From: Gemmatimonadales bacterium
GTDB lineage: Bacteria > Gemmatimonadota > Gemmatimonadetes > Gemmatimonadales > GWC2-71-9
Length of the DNA stretch: 64,000 nt
Assembly (NCBI GenBank): GCA_037189525.1
Contig: JBBCJC010000002.1
Coordinates: 1,152,001 to 1,216,000 of the forward strand
Direction of reading: 5' to 3'
In this document: positions 60,472 through 64,000 of the stretch, piece by piece
Position numbering within the stretch: position 1 is the stretch's first letter
Layout of the letters: each line of letters starts with the position of its first letter
Position numbers and translations under genes: made by a program
The notes under the pieces: generated by a model
Database searches by the model: none
The model's input: the letters and a program-made list of their open reading frames with translations, nothing else
Told to the model about the DNA's origin: nothing

Positions 60472-62675
60472 TTGGCCCGCTTCGGCAAGTGGCGGGCGGT
60501 ACGATCATCGCGCTGGTGGCTGGTGGAGGGGTTCTGGCTGCCCAGCAGCCGGATTCGATAGGGGCGCCGGCGATTCGCGCGGAGCGGGCGACGACACCGG
60601 TGCGCATCGATGGTCGTCTCGACGACCCGGCCTGGCAGATTGCCAGGCCGGTGTCCGGCTTCCGGCAGGTCGATCCCATGCACAACGCGGCGGCCACGCT
60701 CGACACCGAAGTGCGGATTCTGTTCGACGACCGGTTTCTCTACGTAGGCGCGGTTGCCCGGGACCCGGCGGGACGCGCGGGCGTGCGGGTGGTGAACCTC
60801 GACCGCGATTTCGATTTTTTCGCCAACGATCTGTTTGGTATCACGCTCGACCCCTTCTGGGACCGGCGCAACGCGGTCGGCTTTCAGACCAATCCCTACG
60901 GGGTCCAGCGCGACCTGCTCGCGTTCGATGACAACCTCTTCGATCGCGATTGGTCGGCATCGTGGCGGGTCAAAGCGACAGTCGGCGATTCGGGGTGGAC
61001 CGCAGAGTTCGCGATTCCCTGGTCGACGCTCCGATACCGACCGCAGGCGGATACCTGGGGCGTCAACTTCGTGCGAATCGCGCGGCGGATCAACGAGCAG
61101 TCTGGATGGTCGCCCTGGCCCCGTGCGGCAACCAACATGCGGATGCAGTACGCTGGCCGCCTGGAGGGGCTCGAGCCACCGCCGCCATCGCGAAATATCC
61201 GACTGCAACCGTATGCGACCGGCCGGTTCCGCCGTACGCAGCTGCCGAGTGGCGCGGTCGATGCAACCGATCCGGAACTGGGCGGTGACCTCAAGTGGGC
61301 GGTCACACCCAACACGGTGGTCGATCTCACGGTCAATACGGATTTCGCCGAGGCCGATGTCGACCGCCAGGTCGTCAATCTGAGCCGGTTCTCCACGCTG
61401 TTTCCCGAACGGCGCCAGTTCTTTCTCGAAGGGGCCAGCCTGTTCGAGACCGGCCGGGAGTCCGGCAATCTCCGGCCGTTCTATTCGCGCCGGATCGGTC
61501 TCGATGAGGCGGGGCTGCCGATTCCGATCGACGGTGGTGTCCGACTGGTACACCGCTCGGCGCAACGCGGCGTTGGCGGGCTGTTGATGCGGCAGCGCGG
61601 AACCGACCGGACCGGTCCGTCACATTTCGCGATGGCCCGATTCAGTCAGAACGTCGGCGCCGGTCATCGAGTTGGTACGCAGGTCATCCATCGGCACGAT
61701 GCTGGAGTCCGTGGTGCGTCCGCTGGCACCAATACCGTGGGCGTGGTGGACGGATTGTGGCGTCCGGATCCGACCGGGACGGTCCGTGCCATGGTCTCGG
61801 CCTCGCAGACGACGGGGGCGGGCGGCGACGACGTCGCCGGGTTTTTCCATGCCTATTCGGACAAGCCGTTCGGTTACTTCGGCTGGATTCAGGAGTATGT
61901 CGGTCCGGAGTACACCGCCGGAACGGGCTTCATCGGCCGACAGAACTACGTCTGGACCAGTCCAGCGGCCACGTTCGATTGGCGCCCGTCGTGGCGACCG
62001 CGCCAGATTCGGAAGTTCTTCCCCGGGTTCACGACCAGCTTCTACCACGATGCCGATAACCTGGCATTTCGTGAAGGGTCGATTCAGTTCCGCCTGCTGG
62101 CCGCGCAGTTCAACGATGGATCGGAACTCCGCTTCTGGGTCCGGCCCGAGTGGCAGCGGCTCGACCGGCCCTTCACACCGATTCCCGGGATGACGCTGCC
62201 AGTCGGAAACTATGACTTCGGCCAGTATGCGGTAACCTATGCGCCCGATCTGTCGCGGCCGTACTTCGCCTATGTGACGCTCGCCAACGGCAGCTTCTAT
62301 GACGGACGGCGACAGCAGCTGATCTATCGCGCCAGTCCGCTGCCGGGACCTCGGCTCCGACTCACGCTCGACTATGAAGGCAATCGGTTTCGCGATGTGG
62401 GTCCCGACCGGGTCGATCAGACGACCCATCTGGTGAGCGGGCTGTTGCGCTACACGCCGACGCCGCAACTCGGCGTCTCCGCCTACTACGAGTACAGCTC
62501 GACCAGTAAGCTCGGCGTCTGGAATGCGCGGCTTTCGTGGGAGTTCCGGCCGCTGTCGTATCTCTATCTCGTCTACAACGATCGCCGTCCCCAGGGAGAA
62601 CTCAGTCCGGGTGTGGTGCGTCCGGCTGAGGAGCGGCAGCTCCTGGTCAAGGTCACGTACATGGGGCAGCTCTGA
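60468..62675 (+). CDS. Outer-membrane protein with N-terminal CBM9-like domain and DUF5916-like barrel
   Basis: IDGRLDDPAW, GWTAEFAIPWSTLRY, DLTVNTDFAEADVD, LFPERRQFFLEG, FYSRRIG, LLVKVTY. Confidence 0.85.
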   Translation: MIGPLRQVAGGTIIALVAGGGVLAAQQPDSIGAPAIRAERATTPVRIDGRLDDPAWQIARPVSGFRQVDPMHNAAATLDTEVRILFDDRFLYVGAVARDPAGRAGVRVVNLDRDFDFFANDLFGITLDPFWDRRNAVGFQTNPYGVQRDLLAFDDNLFDRDWSASWRVKATVGDSGWTAEFAIPWSTLRYRPQADTWGVNFVRIARRINEQSGWSPWPRAATNMRMQYAGRLEGLEPPPPSRNIRLQPYATGRFRRTQLPSGAVDATDPELGGDLKWAVTPNTVVDLTVNTDFAEADVDRQVVNLSRFSTLFPERRQFFLEGASLFETGRESGNLRPFYSRRIGLDEAGLPIPIDGGVRLVHRSAQRGVGGLLMRQRGTDRTGPSHFAMARFSQNVGAGHRVGTQVIHRHDAGVRGASAGTNTVGVVDGLWRPDPTGTVRAMVSASQTTGAGGDDVAGFFHAYSDKPFGYFGWIQEYVGPEYTAGTGFIGRQNYVWTSPAATFDWRPSWRPRQIRKFFPGFTTSFYHDADNLAFREGSIQFRLLAAQFNDGSELRFWVRPEWQRLDRPFTPIPGMTLPVGNYDFGQYAVTYAPDLSRPYFAYVTLANGSFYDGRRQQLIYRASPLPGPRLRLTLDYEGNRFRDVGPDRVDQTTHLVSGLLRYTPTPQLGVSAYYEYSSTSKLGVWNARLSWEFRPLSYLYLVYNDRRPQGELSPGVVRPAEERQLLVKVTYMGQL

Positions 62676-62721
62676 GACGGATTGGCGCGGGCAATCGGTC
62701 TTCAAGGAGGAGGTGGGAGAC

Positions 62722-62781
62722 GTGGCAAACCCATTGACGGACCTCCGCTGGGCGATACGGTCGTTGCAGGGAGGATGCTAG
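62722..62781 (+). pseudogene. 19-codon relic of an ADOP permease N-terminus
   Basis: AAGGAGG/GGGAGA SD, GTG, then ANPLTDLRWAIRSLQGGC-stop; matches the DLRxALRSL start motif of ADOP permeases. Confidence 0.55.
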
Positions 62782-62786
62782 TGGTC

Positions 62787-64000
62787 ATGACATCGCTCCT
62801 GCTCGACTTGCGCGCTACACTCCGCTCGCTAGGCAGGAGCGCGGGTTTTACTGCGGCGGCCGTCGCCACGCTCGCGCTGGCCGTGGCGGCCAATGCGACC
62901 ATCTTCAGCCATGTCCGCGGCATGTTGCTCCGACCGTTGCCGTATCCCGAGCCGGACCGCCTGGTCCTCGTGGAAACCGTGCGCGGTGGCGAGCGCGGCA
63001 AACTCTCCGCCCTCGAAGTGCGCGACCTTGACCGCGAAGCGAGCACGCTGGCCGGTATCGCCTCCTTCCGGCCAACGCAGTACACGGCGACCAGCGATGG
63101 CCAACCGGCGGTCTACATCGCGTCGATGAGTACCTATCGGCTCTTCGAGGTGCTGGGGCGTTCGCCTGCGCTCGGCACGGGCTGGCCCGCTTCGGACGAT
63201 GGGACGACGCAGTACAAGGTCGTGATCAGCGACCGGCTCTGGCGCGATCGCTACGGCGCTGACCCGGCGATCATCGGCAAATCCGTGATGCTCGACGTCT
63301 ATCCCTATGAGGTCATCGGCGTTGCTCCACCGGGGTTCGATTTCCCCGCGGGTATGGACCTCTGGCGCCGCGCCGGCGCCGCGGACTTTGAAAGCCGTGC
63401 GATCCGAAGCACGGGAGCAGTTGCGCGGCTGGCGAAAGGCGCCACGCTGCGCGACGCCCAGGCGGAGCTCGATGCGCTCGCCGCACGTTACGCCGAGATC
63501 GATCCCGAGACCAATCGTGGGGTCCGCTATCTCGCGACGCCGCTCCATGAGTACTGGGTCGGCGAAATTCGCCCGTATCTCATCGGGCTCGCGGCAGCCG
63601 TTGGGCTGGTGCTTCTGCTCGCCGCCGTCAACGTGGCGCATCTGGCGCTGGTGCGTGCTTCCGCCCGACAACGTGAACTGGCTGTTCGGGCGGCGCTTGG
63701 TGGCTCGCACGCCGCCGTGCTGCGTGGCGTGGTGCTCGAGGGTATGGTGATCGGTCTGGCCGCGGCCGCGCTCGGTCTCCTGCTCGTGCCGCCGGCCATG
63801 GCGTCGCTCGACCGGCTGGTGCCGTTCGACCGCCCCGGCTGGATGACGGTTGCCTTCGACGGGACGGTCTTCGGCTTCGGTGTGATCGTAGCGCTCGGCG
63901 CGGCGCTGATCGCGATGACGTGGCCGGCGTGGCGGATCGTGCGCCGCGACCCGTTTGGTACCCTTCGTTCGTCGGGCAAAGGTGGGCACGAAGCCGATCC
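62787..64000 (+). CDS. ADOP/MacB-like ABC permease, truncated by the window end
   Basis: MTSLLLDLRATLRSLGRSAGFTAAAVATLAL..AANATIFS, LRPLPYPEPDRLV, RELAVRAALG; open to the window edge; absent from the ORF track. Confidence 0.9.
   Translation, partial: MTSLLLDLRATLRSLGRSAGFTAAAVATLALAVAANATIFSHVRGMLLRPLPYPEPDRLVLVETVRGGERGKLSALEVRDLDREASTLAGIASFRPTQYTATSDGQPAVYIASMSTYRLFEVLGRSPALGTGWPASDDGTTQYKVVISDRLWRDRYGADPAIIGKSVMLDVYPYEVIGVAPPGFDFPAGMDLWRRAGAADFESRAIRSTGAVARLAKGATLRDAQAELDALAARYAEIDPETNRGVRYLATPLHEYWVGEIRPYLIGLAAAVGLVLLLAAVNVAHLALVRASARQRELAVRAALGGSHAAVLRGVVLEGMVIGLAAAALGLLLVPPAMASLDRLVPFDRPGWMTVAFDGTVFGFGVIVALGAALIAMTWPAWRIVRRDPFGTLRSSGKGGHEAD

Overview
High-GC bacterial chromosomal segment. 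Gene content (GWxTD protein, PadR plus duplicated ADOP-type permeases, Oar-like TonB receptor, many secreted proteins starting with Gln) suggests Gemmatimonadota; this is an inference. Most of the window is envelope and housekeeping genes: M16, M24 and M28 peptidases, DsbA-VKOR, kup, msrA, acs, ccmABCD, class A PBP, heme o synthase, lptFG, comEA-pilB-pilT-pilC and pilS/pilR-like genes with a glycosylation trio. About 11 kb of unrelated cargo lies between pilC and pilS. The strongest candidate new system is at 44817-46892 on the minus strand. A consensus sigma70 promoter drives a short upstream ORF embedded in a complete, mutually exclusive 1:2 / 2:3 / 3:4 attenuator, which controls an uncharacterised 110-aa protein and the RNA ligase RtcB, i.e. 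a putative ribosome-stress-sensing RNA-repair operon. A second ribosome-dependent candidate is a CxxC/His leader peptide ending in an RSPP arrest-like motif ahead of a DUF3526-type ABC operon. Also notable are a TsdA-like diheme cytochrome paired with a Tat-exported DsrE-like protein, and a probable glutaminyl cyclase with a Q-rule pattern. I found no tRNA, rRNA, CRISPR array or transposase. All calls are by eye; no searches or folding programs were run.
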